A DNA stretch of 63,602 nt, filler included, from Choristocarpus tenellus KU-1152 (lineage: Eukaryota > Protista > Phaeophyceae), in the NCBI GenBank assembly GCA_964200185.2. It is 12 parts of 12 records of this genome, joined end to end, with 100 filler letters (N's around TTAATTAATTAA, not from the genome) between each part and the next. Parts side by side here need not be neighbours in the genome. Positions count along the whole stretch, not along the records: positions 26,207 to 32,907 come from CAXNAD020007533.1; positions 33,008 to 37,665 come from CAXNAD020013589.1; positions 37,766 to 50,078 come from CAXNAD020001877.1; 9 more parts are not named here. The stretch is one strand, 5' to 3'. This document shows, in pieces, positions 26,207 to 39,018 of the stretch (position 1 is its first letter; every line of letters starts with the position of its first letter). The notes under the pieces were generated by a model. It was given only the letters and a program-made list of their open reading frames with translations, did no database searches and was not told the DNA's origin. The translations under genes were made by a program, and so were the position numbers.

Positions 26207-26428
26207 GTATATATATAGTTTTCATTGGTCTCCCCCCTGACACATCTGCAAAATGCCAGAGGGCATAATAATAATACATCACTGGTGTGCGAATCAACAG
26301 ACAGAATAAATCGGTAATATTGTATGGTATCAATGACACAAAAAGATTAATATTATTTTATTTTATTATTATGCCCTCTGACATTTTGCAGATGTGTCAG
26401 GGGAAACCAATGAAAACTATATATATAC
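26207..26428. repeat. Foldback element with ~68-bp inverted arms (family C)
   Basis: GTATATATATAGTTTTCATTGG...CAGAGGGCATAATAATAA and its reverse complement. Related arms occur at about 3665-3725, 5390-5440, 5580-5605 and 53320-53590. Confidence 0.85.
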
Positions 26429-26849
26429 ATGTTATTAGCCCTAAAGAAGTATTATATTATTATTATGCCTCTTACATTTTATAATATCATTTAACACACA
26501 TTACATTCATAACTGTTTGTAATAATAATCTTTTTACTTCAACAATGTATTAATGTTATCCCACAACATTGATTCCCACAAATATCTTCCTATGACAAAA
26601 CCTCGGAATTTAGAGAGAAAGTCCGATATCTTGTATTTTCGGAATATCTGAATTACGAGAGGTATGTTGTGTTTCGAATACTCAAGAGTCAGGATGGCGG
26701 CTTCCTCTATACCGCAAATCTTACATCCACCAGAGGATACAAGAATGGAGAGCTGATGCACTTCGAATCCCCAATAGATAGGATCATCAAGGTCAGCAAG
26801 GATTCACTTCAGGAAAAATATAGTAGGGCGGAGTGGTGAGAGTAGGGGC

Positions 26850-29800
26850 ATGGGTTGGGGGTTACGTCTCTGTCTTGACGCTCTGCTTCTTCGAGGTGTA
26901 GCGTCTCTCCAGTGCAGCCCATTGTTGCAAGAGTTCGATGTAAATAACAGCTCAACTGCTAACATCCTAGCATCAGCGGTTGCCTGTACAGGCGGTACAA
27001 TTAATGTTAGTTGGTACGGGTCCGTGCTCCTTCAAAGAACGATAGAGGTGGGATCGGGAACCACACTAACCATCTTATCGGGTGACATATTATCAGATGC
27101 CGAAGTAGATGGGCAGTCCTCAGTCTCCCTCTTTGCCATTGGTTTAGATGCTTCCCTCTCACTGGAAGGTATCACCTTACGCAATGGGGTTGCCGGAAAC
27201 GCCACCACGGGCTACTTGGAAGGTGGCGCAGTTCTAGTGAATGGTGGTTCTCTAGATGTGAAGGACTGCCTCTTCGTTAACAATACAGCTATGTTGGGGG
27301 GGGGTGCTATTTCCGCTGACAACTCTACTGTGACAGTGAAGAACAGCACTTTTCGTCAGTGTCACGCTGGAGGATTGCTGGAGTCTGATACTATGGAGAG
27401 CCTGGGGGCGGGCGGTGGAATCAAGGTGTGAGTATATCTGGTGTGCGTGTTGAAATAGGATCCTTGGGAGTATTTTCTGCTCTCAATGCTAGACTTCCCA
27501 TCGATACTAACAAATACCTTCATGACGATTACACATTATTTGCTTATGTGAATGGGAGAGGCTTGAATTTTGTTGGAAATAGCGGCTGGTGGAAATGGCG
27601 GTTGTTATACCAGAGAGGAAGAAAGATAGGATCAACACAAGTAAGAGCTCGGAAAGGCTTCAAAGAGATCTCTACCGGAGGGCGTTAGGTTTTCACAAGC
27701 ATATCAATGTACTCAACTGACCATCTTCACATTTTCAACCTATAAAATGATACTCTCAGAGAAATTATTATATACATGAACGCATAATCTCTGGGTCTCT
27801 GCCTGCTTTTGGAAGTTTGGTGAAAGAGTGCTGTTTGCTTTTCTTGTAAAATCCCACGAGTCAAAGGAGAAAGAACAAATTGTTATATTTTCCTTTCTGG
27901 GTGAACTTCCATCCTGTACTCTCTAAGATATCCTGAAATAGTCGTTACTTCAGTAGATAAGGTCACAGTACAGCTAACAGTGGTGATGGTTTTAGGGTCA
28001 TGCACTAGATAATAGCATTACATGCTCAGCACAGCACTGGTGCTACGACAACACACATGTACATACACTCCAAAAGCATATACTATTGTTTAGTTGCAGA
28101 TATCAGAGGCTTTGTTTCTGACTTGCAGTGAAGTAGAAGTCAATATCATGTTGATCTGTTTCCTTTTTTTTGTCCCATCGACTTCTCACTACCTATGTTT
28201 ATTGTTCTTGAAAAATCAACTTGCAACCTTTCATCTTCCCCCCTGGTGCACAGTATGCTCCTACTATGGCCATGAATGATAAATTCCTCTTGTACCAATA
28301 TCTAACCTTACAAGTAGACACGTCTTGGCCAAACCACACGTGACAAGATTGTATCCATACGGAAAGCTTCAGTGCACTGTCACTATCTTCCCTACATTGA
28401 TTCCTCAATGGAGCAAGGATTTTCTACATATTTTGCGTGTTATATGGTGCTCGTATTCCAACCGACACAACTATAGAAAGCTCTAGTGCTGCTTCTTTGG
28501 AAGGCACATTGAGGTTGAAGCACGGTGTTGCCACTAACCCGAAGTCCTGCAACTCCAATACTAAAGAGATATAGGAGCTGAGATTAGTAGAAGCCTTGGG
28601 TATTTGATTCTACATATATTGACTTTGACGCCGCAACAAAATTGCTGCAGCACGAGGATTCCCTCAAGGGCAAATCACCATGATGTGTCCCCCTACGTGG
28701 TAAGAGGAGAGGAACACAAATTGTTGTTGAGAGTGTAGTAGACTTGGTTCTTGTTGATATACCTCTTCTATATTGGAGTGTCAAGAAGTGATCATATTTA
28801 CATTATTTAAATAAGGAACGTTGCTATAGAGGTGTCCATAATCAAAAGACGTGAACATGCTACATATCACATTGCCGTCAAAGCATACATTGCTAGCGGA
28901 TATCGCCAATATTGATTGTTTGGAATGTAGCCAGAGAATAGGCATCTTCTTGCTCTTTCTAGACTATCCGCTTGTGGGTGCATGATGACCACACGCAAGT
29001 CGATTATTTCATTGAATGTTTTCACCAGGGGTACGAAGATAGTGCAAATACTCCGCAGTACTAATTTTTTCTTGGTAGTATTCAATTGTGGACTACTTGG
29101 AATTTATCCCTTCCTTTTTCACCCATTGTTCTTCCCCGATCTTTTTTTCTCTTTCTATTCCTATTGATAGGGTGATGGCTCAACATGCTCCATTGTCGAC
29201 TCGCTGTTCAAAGACTGCTCTGCTAGGGAAATGGGCGGCGGGGTGTCTTTGAGTGGAGGGAGCATGTCCATTAACAGCACAAACTTTATACGAAACACTG
29301 TCGGGATAGATGAGAACACTGGTAAGTCTCGAATGTCAGTACGTCGACATTGAATAAGGTGGTGGCCCCATATAGATTGTTCGACAAAAGTAGAAAGTGA
29401 TGAAGATCTTTATTGCAATCAACCCAGAGTGACGCTACATTGCACCCTGGGCAAAGGCCACAATTTTTTCTCGACATTGTAGTGGATGATTTTTCGTTTG
29501 TAGCACTTTGCAACGTGGTAAAAACTCTGTTTCACTCATGAAAGTAGGTTAAATACTTAAGAGTAACTCAGTAAGCTCTATTCCTACAACGTCCAAAGGT
29601 TTTATCATCTGCTTGCTTGTGCGGGGTAGCTTCTTCCTTTTCTCCCAGCGGAACCAAGTGCCAGCAGTGTCCTCTTACTGCTTGCTGTTTTATATTTCCT
29701 CTAAACCCAGAGGAACCAGTCGGGAAGGGCGGGGGGCTGTACATTGAAAACTGCATTGGGACATCTGATGGCGATGTCTGTATGATTTCCTCTGCTGGGT

Positions 29801-32176
29801 TTGATTCTAATGTTGCCGCTAAGGATGGTGGTGCACTTATGATTGAAGGTTCAGAGTCAGTGCTCATGATAAACAGGTAAGTTTGCTAATCTTAGCACTC
29901 CTTGGAACTTTGGGTTAGTGATAACTAGTTAGTGCCCATGTAAGCCCTCTGCAGTATGACCAAAGGGCGCTAAATTCATACAGGCTTTAATGAGAGATGA
30001 GCCGTTGTAATCCCTTGCTAGGATTGTACATGCACTTAAGATATTTTATGTAATCCCAACATCCTAAGTTTGGTTTATGCCAGCACCTCTGAGGGGGTCT
30101 CCTGTTCCTCGTAACTCCTCCCCCTCCTTCCTTCTCACAATGTGTGCTGTAGATGTGTCTTCAGCAACAACAATGTAAGTGCTCTCATTGACGATGACTC
30201 GCAAGGAGAAGGTGGAGCGGCGTCTGTTGGATCCTCTTGCGCTCTGCTTGTCGCTGATACAATCTTCACAGGAAATATAGCTGGGGGAAATGTGAGCAAT
30301 GAGTCGAAAGGTTGGGACATGAAATCCCTCCGCCTGTTATTGTTTTCCAGTCGACACTTTTAAGACCACTTTGAAATTGATGTTCTCTTCTTTTAGTATT
30401 AATATCGTATGAGAAACAGAACGTAAGCTCATTTTGAACACAACATAGGGTTACATCCAATGATGAGACTCTGACCTTCAAATATGAGATATATTCTATG
30501 TTAATCGGAAGGGTTAGAATTATTATATTCACTTAGATCTACTGATTGGTCGATAGAATAATGGTTCCGAAAGGGATCTCGTCGGTTTTAATTGAAACTT
30601 GCCTAAGTGATTTCTTCTAGCATCAGTAATCTGAATATATACACTGAGTATTATAATATAAATGAGCCAAAGTATCCTAGAGGGTAGAGCCGCGTCCATT
30701 TGGGGGCCAAAATCCAATATTGCGATTTTGATCTAATTTTGACTATCATGTTTGTTTGGAGGTTTCAATATCCGTGTTCCGGACACATCTTTTCATAACG
30801 TATATATTTTACCTACACAAATTTTTGAGTGGGAAAATGTCATAAACACCCTAAGGGGAGTTAAGCCCCAAATGGACAAACAAGGCAAAACTCGTACCCT
30901 CTAAGATACTTCCACTCAAATTGGGTTTCCCTACTTACTGGCTTATCATTGGCTCGCCCATCCATTCCTTTTGCCCCAATAGATACATTTTTTTGTTAAT
31001 ATTATGTTATTTGCCGAACAGAGTTTTTAAGGCTACTGATTGACTCTGACGTGTTTTTCTTGTCACATTTTCCTGGGATTTCTAGTGAGAACTAGATGCA
31101 CTGTGAAGTCCTGGGATGTTCAGTTATTAATTTTCTACTAGTTGGGAAAGTAGACAATAATTTGCCAAACTTTGGAGCTAAGGATATGAACTGGCTCTAG
31201 GTTGGAACGTGTGTGTGAGTATAATTTCTTGTTCCCTCACCATGTTTCACAGGGAGGTGCGATTGCAATGGGAGATTCATCGTATGTTGAGATAACATCA
31301 TCGGATATTTTTCTCAACAAGGCTCAAAAGAATGGTGGCGGCGTGGAATTGGGTGGAAAGGCTACTCTCCTTGTGCGGTCAGGCAATTTCTCTAACAATA
31401 CGGCAAAGTCTTCAGGGGGTGCCTTCTATGCACGGGCCGATTCGAATGTCACCGTTCTGAATGGCACAATCACTAACAACGTGGCGGAAATCGTAAGTGA
31501 AACTATCACATCCCTCCTTCCTTGGTCTGGACTAAGGCTCAATTGTAGCCATGTTGAATTGGAGGATGTCCAAATCGTAACTTACTGAAGATAGGGCAGT
31601 CATGAGGAGGCTTCATGACCAAACCAAATATAAAATATACTGTACCACTAGCTTGAGGTAATGAAACTACCTTCTTGATAATTGTGCTTTGTACTACCAA
31701 TGTAACGTTTGCTGAACTATCGCTGCAGATGGTCATGGGTCATCAAGTAGGAGCATGTGACACTTGCATTCTGAAATGAATCTGTAGTTATGTGATTGTC
31801 AGCGCAGTCCAGTGTTCTTTCTTCTGTACTGGAATTTATGGTGTGTGTAACATAGCCTTCATGCCGTTGTCTCCTTCTCTTCAATGCCATTTCTTGACAG
31901 AAAGGAGGGGTTATATGGGCGCAAGGCATAGTGCAAATAATGTCCGGGATCATCAATGGAAATGAAGGTGTTCAAGATGCTGGAGCCGTCTATGCATCCG
32001 ATGGTTCCTTGGTACATATTGATGGAGGGATCTGGAAAGAAAATTTTTCTGAGGACGGAGGTTGTCTGTACGCTTCGGGCGAATCATCTATTCTTGTCTC
32101 TGGCGGGGACTTTAGGCACAACATTGCCACGAACAGGGGTGGTTTTGCGTTCATCATAAAGCAGTCAGAGTTCAAT
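26850..32176 (+). CDS. Secreted polymorphic-membrane-protein (Pmp)/adhesin-like beta-helix protein, 5' part
   Basis: Signal peptide plus six phase-compatible exons (26850-27425, 29171-29321, 29711-29876, 30153-30291, 31253-31492, 31901-32176) with repeated GGA(I/L/V) and FxxN motifs. The 3' end lies off the contig. Confidence 0.9.
30664..30917. mobile_element. MITE family A (intronic)
   Basis: Family termini with a 4-bp TSD AAAT. Confidence 0.9.
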
Positions 32177-33701
32177 GTAAGCTGTGCTATCTTCAAATAG
32201 TATTAATATATATATACATGAACTGCACGAAGTAATATATCCCAGAAGCTTAAGAATCGTGTCAATTTCCGTCCAATTCAGAACTTCTTTTAAGAGATAA
32301 ATCAAAATATCCGCCTACATGCTTGTGGTGGTACTCGGCCTATCACTCATGAGGAATTCAATGATTTCTCTGGTGGAAAATGTCATAAAACGTTTTTTGT
32401 AGATGTTCTCAGGTGGTGGTGGTAATTGTGCGCACCTACGAACTTCTTCTGAATGGTGCGAAAATTCAGCTGTAGAAGAATAGTGACTGAGCTCTAGAGG
32501 GAAGACTGCTGGATCACTATCATTCTTGTTCATTTTCCTCTGGAGAGACTGGAAGAGTCAATCGGCAATTTTTTCAAACGGTACAACTAATTTCATGTGT
32601 ACTGTCAGCAGATTTTCTTAGGCATAGTGTACCGCTGACGACTGAAACCAAAATTTGATGTTCTTTGTACGGAAGATGTTTTCTGGAGGGAAGAAGTCTA
32701 CCTGGTTTGTCCATGATATAGTACTACTCGGAGTATTCATTGCTCTCCATCTCAAAGAAGATGTTTCTCTGAAGGTTTTTGTCTATCATGCGTCAAAGTG
32801 ACATCAACAGGGACGGGTATGAAATTTCCAGTGCAAATGAGACCTACTGGCTTAGTGAGGTGTGTTGGTGTGTTGGTGTGTTGATGTTGATGTCTTTTTG
32901 AGATGTGNNNNNNNNNNNNNNNNNNNNNNNNNNNNNNNNNNNNNNNNNNNNTTAATTAATTAANNNNNNNNNNNNNNNNNNNNNNNNNNNNNNNNNNNNN
33001 NNNNNNNAACAAAAACACCCAACCCCCCCCCCCCCCCCCCTATTTTCCAAAAAAAAAAAACCCCCCCCCCCCCCCCCCCCCCTGGTGTCGCGACTGGACT
33101 CATGTTGAGGTTACATCTCGAGCACTAAAAAAAAAAAAAGTGGTACAGTACGGTGAGTGTAACCACTCCGATGCTGCTGTGCTCCAATCCCACAGATGAA
33201 CAAACCCCCTAAACCCTTAAGGGCAACAAAGAAAAAAAAAAAAATCTTCCTTTTTATTTTTACACTACTACTACCTGGTACATGTGCACATTGCACACTT
33301 CTCTCCACATAGTAAAAATAAAAAGGAAGAGAGACAAATACTAAAAAAAAAAAATGAGTAGTCTGGACTTCTTCTTGTTCTTATTATTATTATTCTCGTA
33401 CCTCTGACACGTAACGCTCGGTCCTCCATAAAAATTCAAAAAAATTCAAAAAAAATTCAAACAAATAAAAAAGTCAAGAGGTTTGAAAAAAGGGGGGTAG
33501 AAGTCGAGAACCCCCCAAGGGAGGAGCTGACTCGGCCCCCAAGAAAGGACCGTCACAACCAGGGATCAAGAGACAAAGAAAGCCTGCCAAGGTGGCAAAG
33601 GCCGACGGAACTCCCCCCGTTCTCTTCTTATTTTATTTCTCTCAATTATTTCTCTTTTTTTATTATTTCCCATCATGCACCGACGTTGACCAGTGAAGAA
33701 G

Positions 33702-33780
33702 GCCCTTTCACTTCCAATACCCCTTTCACTTACAATACCCTTTCACTTACAATACCCTTTCACTTACAATACCCCTTTCA
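33702..33780. repeat. 18-bp minisatellite (CCCTTTCACTTACAATAC) x ~4
   Basis: Read directly from the sequence. Confidence 0.85.
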
Positions 33781-34141
33781 TATGGATACTTAGATCACAC
33801 TTACAACACACTTAGAGGACTCTTTACGGTGATGAACAAAAAAAATGACAAAATTGGACACCCGTTTCCGTTTTTTTTTTTTTTTTTTTTCCCATTTTTT
33901 TTTTTTTAATTTTTTTTTTGTTTTCTTNNNNNNNNNNCTTTTTTCACATAAAAAAAAAAAATGACAAAATTGGACTCCCGTTTCCGTTTTTTTTTTTTTT
34001 TTTAAATCCCATTTTTTTTTCTGGAATTGTAGTGTCGGTTTCTATCCAAATCATTACTGAAAAAAAAAATCAGAGGTTTAGGAAATCCCTCTCTGCGTGA
34101 AACCGTTGGTTACCTCGGCCTTGGTTAGTTAGGTAAGCATC

Positions 34142-34229
34142 GTGTCAAACCGTGTCAAACCATGTCAAACCGTGTCAAACCATGTCAAACTGTGTCAAAC
34201 CATGTCAAACCATGTCAAACTGTGTCAAA
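34142..34229. repeat. 10-bp minisatellite (GTCAAACCRT) x ~9
   Basis: Read directly. Followed by (ACAT)n at about 34328-34362 and (CCCTAA)4 at 34411-34435. Confidence 0.9.
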
Positions 34230-35778
34230 ACCACACGAGCAGGCATGTGTTCAGCAGCAAAAAGGCACGGGCCCACATAATGACAGGGAGTCATACGTGT
34301 ATATATACACATATATACAGATACACACATACATACATACATACATACATACATACATACATAACTGAAGAGAAATACATACCCATACGTCTAGAGACTT
34401 AAATAGAAGAAACCTAACCCTAACCCTAACCCTAATCACAATGTACATACGGAGGCGTGTGCGTCGCAGACCTTCAAAGCAGAGGCACTCACACAGAAAG
34501 CAGTCAATCAAAACTCACCCGTCAAAAAATACTACAGACTTGACTGATCGGAGAGATTTTCACAAGTTTTATTATCATGTTTCGAGATCTGGGATTGCCA
34601 ACGCCCTCCAGGGCACTGGATGTTCTCTCCACAGTCACTCTGGAGCACTGGAGGTCGTGCCCTGGAACCTCGGGACGACTTGCTTCTTCAACACACGCTG
34701 CCCTCGGTTCAAGACCGACTTGTAACTTGTAGCTACCTTTTTTTGTTTTAATTAAATTAAGAGCGGCAGTTACGCACCATACCTATTCGCAGTACGAAGG
34801 CGTGTTTCCAAAAAAACTTTTTTTTAATACACAATTAACAACAAAAATTACTGGACATTTTTTTTCTACTCAGCTTGCACCAACAGTAAAACACAAGTGC
34901 ATTAACTGCACTCAGCGTTCTAAACTTGTCTTTTTTTTTAAATGCACTCTCTACAAAAGCGCAAACATCCAAAATTAAATAAAAAATTATACAAAATTAA
35001 ATATATTACCAATATAAATCGCTATATATCTGCACCTCTGACCCCCCCCCCCCAACCTGCAAATGAAGTGCCTCCTTGATAATGACTTCAAATCCATGCG
35101 TGTAATACAGATTCTCAACTTACATTCATTCATCCAATCACAATTCAGAACGCGCAACCCGTGCTAACCCAACCGTAACAGACTACAATAGAGCCAGCCC
35201 CAATAGGACTAGAGAATAGAGCCAGCTAAAATGAGCCTTGCGAATACGAAATACAGAGTAGTAGTTTCTTGTCCCGTGAAGGAGGTCAGCTCTCTCAAGC
35301 ACCTCTAAACATACTACACACACATATACACATAAGCATGCACTAATTATATGTAAGCACATACACATAAGCATGCACTAAATATATGTAAGCACATACA
35401 CATAAGCATGCACTAAATATATGTAAGCACATATGCTCCAGCAGACATGCACCAAAATACACTGCATGCACTTAATACAAAAATATAAATACTGTACAAG
35501 CATACGGAAAATAAAAACAAACACACAGACACACAGACACACACAGACACAAGAATGAACTTTAATAATACTCCAAGGTGTATAGTCCTCTGGAGTATTA
35601 CTATGCAACACAACGGCAGAAAGGGTAGATCTCTGCACATGGAAGACCGTACCGTGAATGCATCTGATTGGCTCGATCTACAAGATACAGGTCCCCCAAC
35701 CAATGACCCAGCTTCAAATGCTGGGGGGGAGGGGGGAGGGGGGGGTGCAATGAGTCCGCATACATCTACTTATCATAC

Positions 35779-37559
35779 CTGTGAGAAGATTGGGGGAAGG
35801 AGACCGTCTTTTGACATCGCAAACAGCAGCCTCGGCTGTGCCATGAAGGAGACAAGCACCACCAGTGGAAGAGTCATCACCTCCCCCACAGCAGTGATCT
35901 GAAAGAAAGAAAAAAACGTGTGTGTATATATGCAGAAAGTTTCGAGGGGGCCCGAAACTCGATTTTAAAAAATAATAAAATATGTATCATACTTGGTACA
36001 CACGCATCTCAAAATAAGAAAAAAATGGAGTCGGAGTTTTCAAAACGCCTAACAAATTTCATCGAAAACCTCATTGACAATGCCGCTACTTCCTACTGCA
36101 TGACAGTATACACATATATTAAGATGCACACATTAAAAACGCTTTTGTAAGCATATCCTATCAAGGTATATCCTAATCCCAACATCGACAGCCAACTCGA
36201 ACGTTAGAACCCTTCGAAAAGTACTGGGACCAAGAACTTCAAAGAGTACCAGAACCTTCCCAGTAGTACTATGAAAAGAACCGGACTAAGAACTTCAAAG
36301 AGTACCAGAACCTTCCCAGTAGTACTATGAAAAGAACCGGACTAAGAACTTCAAAGAGTACCAGAACCTTCCCAGTAGTACTGTGAAAAATACCGGACCA
36401 AGAACTTCAAAAAGCACCAGAACCTTCCCAGTAGTACTGTGAAAAATACCGGACCAAGAACTCCAAAAAGTACTAGAACCTTCCCAGTAGTACTGCAATA
36501 AGGACCGGGACCAAGAACTCCGAAAAGTGCCAGGTAACCGTACAACACGCGCCCACCACCTAACCCTAACCCTAACCCTAACCCTAACCCTAACCCTAAC
36601 CCACCACGCTTCACAAACACAACACCACGCAGAGAGATAAACGCTCGTACAATGTGAAAACAGTAACGCCATACACCATATATAAAACATACCGCAGGTC
36701 ACCGTCACCTGATAGGCCCACCTCAGCCCGTTCTCTCGAAAGCCCTCAGCGAATCCATCCTCTGAAGATAAGTCTTTCGATGGGGCCATGCCCACCAGGG
36801 ACAAAGCAGACACAGAGCACACTACCGTCACAATAAAAAGGGACACCAGGAGGGCGCGGGGAACGGCCCTGTGGGGGTCCCGGGTCTCTGGAGACAGGAG
36901 TACGACCTTTTTTTTTTTTGATTTGGGGAGGTAGGCCTGGGATTGAGAAGTGCTTCCAATGGGGTGGTGTGGCTTTAAAAAAGTATAAATATCGTGCTTG
37001 TGTTTGTACGTAGATGTCTGGGAACCCATGGGTGACATCACGATGACATCATCATCAGTGTATTTTACATGATGCCTATCTGGTTGTTTTGACACTTTCA
37101 GTGGGTACATCCTGAGGGTATAGAAGGAGCTCATTGTTAGAGCATGGTAATGCCGTGGGTAAACAAGGTGCCATAATGATGATACTATTAATAATGTTTT
37201 AAAGCTCCAAACGTGCCAAGTTCAATTAATGCCTCACCATCAACTTAATGCATTAATACCTCACCATCAACTAAATGCATTAATACCTCGCCATCAACTA
37301 AATGCATTAATACCTCGCCATCAACTAAATGCCACCACCACCACCACCACCACCACTTACTAAGAAAAGAGGGGCAAATAAAGTCTAGGATCCTCACTGC
37401 CCTGAAAAAAAAACTGACCTCATCAAAGCCCAGGTAGCCAAAGAAGGCGGCTACAGAGCCACGCATGACGCCACCAATCCCGTTGGGACAGAAGGGTTCC
37501 AAATTCTCGGAGGAAAACAGGGAGAACGCAGTCACAATCATGAATACAACCAGCACAAT
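35779..37559 (-). CDS. APC-superfamily cationic amino-acid transporter (CAT-like), internal exons
   Basis: Exons 37559-37419, 36906-36709 and 35898-35779 give FCPNGIGGVMRGSVAAFFGYLGFDE-VVLLSPETRDPHRAVPRAL...-ITAVGEVMTLPLVVLVSFMAQPRLLFAMSKDGLLPPIFSQ, which carries the hallmark CAT motifs. Confidence 0.92.
36215..36533. repeat. 56-bp minisatellite x ~5.5 (intronic)
   Basis: Unit GGACCAAGAACTTCAAAGAGTACCAGAACCTTCCCAGTAGTACTRTGAAAA..ACC recurring at 36231, 36287, 36343, 36399, 36455 and 36512. Confidence 0.92.
36559..36602. repeat. Interstitial telomere-type repeat (CCCTAA)7
   Basis: Read directly. Shorter tracts at about 17029, 34411, 57325 and 57430. Confidence 0.9.
37230..37332. repeat. 27-bp minisatellite x ~4 followed by (CCA)n
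   Basis: AATGCATTAATACCTCRCCATCAACTA units. Confidence 0.85.
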
Positions 37560-39018
37560 CTGTCGTAGTGAATGGTCAGATGTCAGTGGGGGCAGGGGAG
37601 GGGGGGGGGGGACAGCGGGTCGTAAGGATTGCCATTGCCATCGACAACAAATTCATTAGATGCCANNNNNNNNNNNNNNNNNNNNNNNNNNNNNNNNNNN
37701 NNNNNNNNNTTAATTAATTAANNNNNNNNNNNNNNNNNNNNNNNNNNNNNNNNNNNNNNNNNNNNCCATCTCCCTGGTGACTCTAGCTTAAAACGCATGA
37801 CTCGCCGAGATAATGCTACTTGCGTAGTCACCGAAACTAGTACTTGTATTGTCAAGCAATTTATTGAGTTTTACATGGTTGAATCTTTGGGGAACGAGAT
37901 TGAAGTAGTTCGACGATTTGACAGAGTGAAGGTATGTTGCATTCCCGAAGTTGTCCTCATCATGTGTATTATTGAGGTAGGGTTGTTAGACTTGATTATC
38001 TTCTCCAATTACTTGTAGAATATATAGGTTGATTGTAATAAGGAGGAAACAATTTCGTAAGTCCAACATTCAACACACGGGTCATTTTTTTGTTCACCTG
38101 ATGGATGAGTGGCGGACATCTTGTTATTAAGTTGTTGAGGGTAGGGGAGGATACTACTAATAACAAAATCCAACGCACTATCACAACCACCAAAACGATA
38201 TTGCTCGTAACACTGACGCACTATGGTTGATCCCAGTAACGCGGAACGGAAAGTGAATCAACTAAAGTTAGATCCCAAATTCTCTACAAAAATATATATT
38301 GTGTATACCTCACAAATTGATGTCATCAAACCTACTAATTATTCTACATAATATGTAACCTTCATAAAATCATATAATATATATATACAGTTCTCAAACC
38401 CCTTCTCTAACTGAACCACACAACTACACCCTTACAAATTACTAGTGAAACATGAACAACTATCTATCTCTATCCTATTATATGACACTGCACCAAAGTG
38501 TTGTACCGTTCTCCTCTCAGTTTACAATCACCCGCCCTGATTCCAGACTTGGCATCAAATGCTTCAGACGAGGAACCTACTTTTTTGGTCCCATCTTGAT
38601 TTTCCCATTACGCCCAATCCTTGATATCGTCGAGACCTACCCTTTGTCTGCTTCAGGATTTGTGTAGCCGAAGACGGAAGGAGGTGCGGAATGCCGAAAT
38701 AGCGACCGATGTAGGGGTAGGATGCTTACAGGAGAGCTGGAGTGTTGATTCCTAAGTCGGTATTCGAGTAATAGCATACATGGGCTGAGAGTGACTTACT
38801 TGCGTTGATCCGTGGCAAAAATCGTGGTCGAACAGGATACCTGATGCTAGTCATGTACAGTGTGGACAGTCCAACAGTTTTATGATGAGGTTGAAACAGA
38901 AGTATTGATGTATTGCATTCCTCATAAAATTTGGTCCGTGCCCTTTCATGCCATTAGCTTTCCTCTAACCCTGGAGAGCCAAAGTCCCACCCTTCCCGCC
39001 CTCGCTGCAGCACCCACA

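Noticed and set aside
33836-34000. Direct duplication around a short N gap
   Set aside because: Probably overlapping contig ends flanking a scaffold gap in homopolymer-rich sequence.
36215-36533. CRISPR-like array
   Set aside because: Units are contiguous near-identical 56-mers with no unique spacers and no cas genes.
36325-37134. 269-aa ORF as a single gene
   Set aside because: Only 36906-36709 is the transporter exon. The rest is read-through into telomeric and minisatellite repeats.
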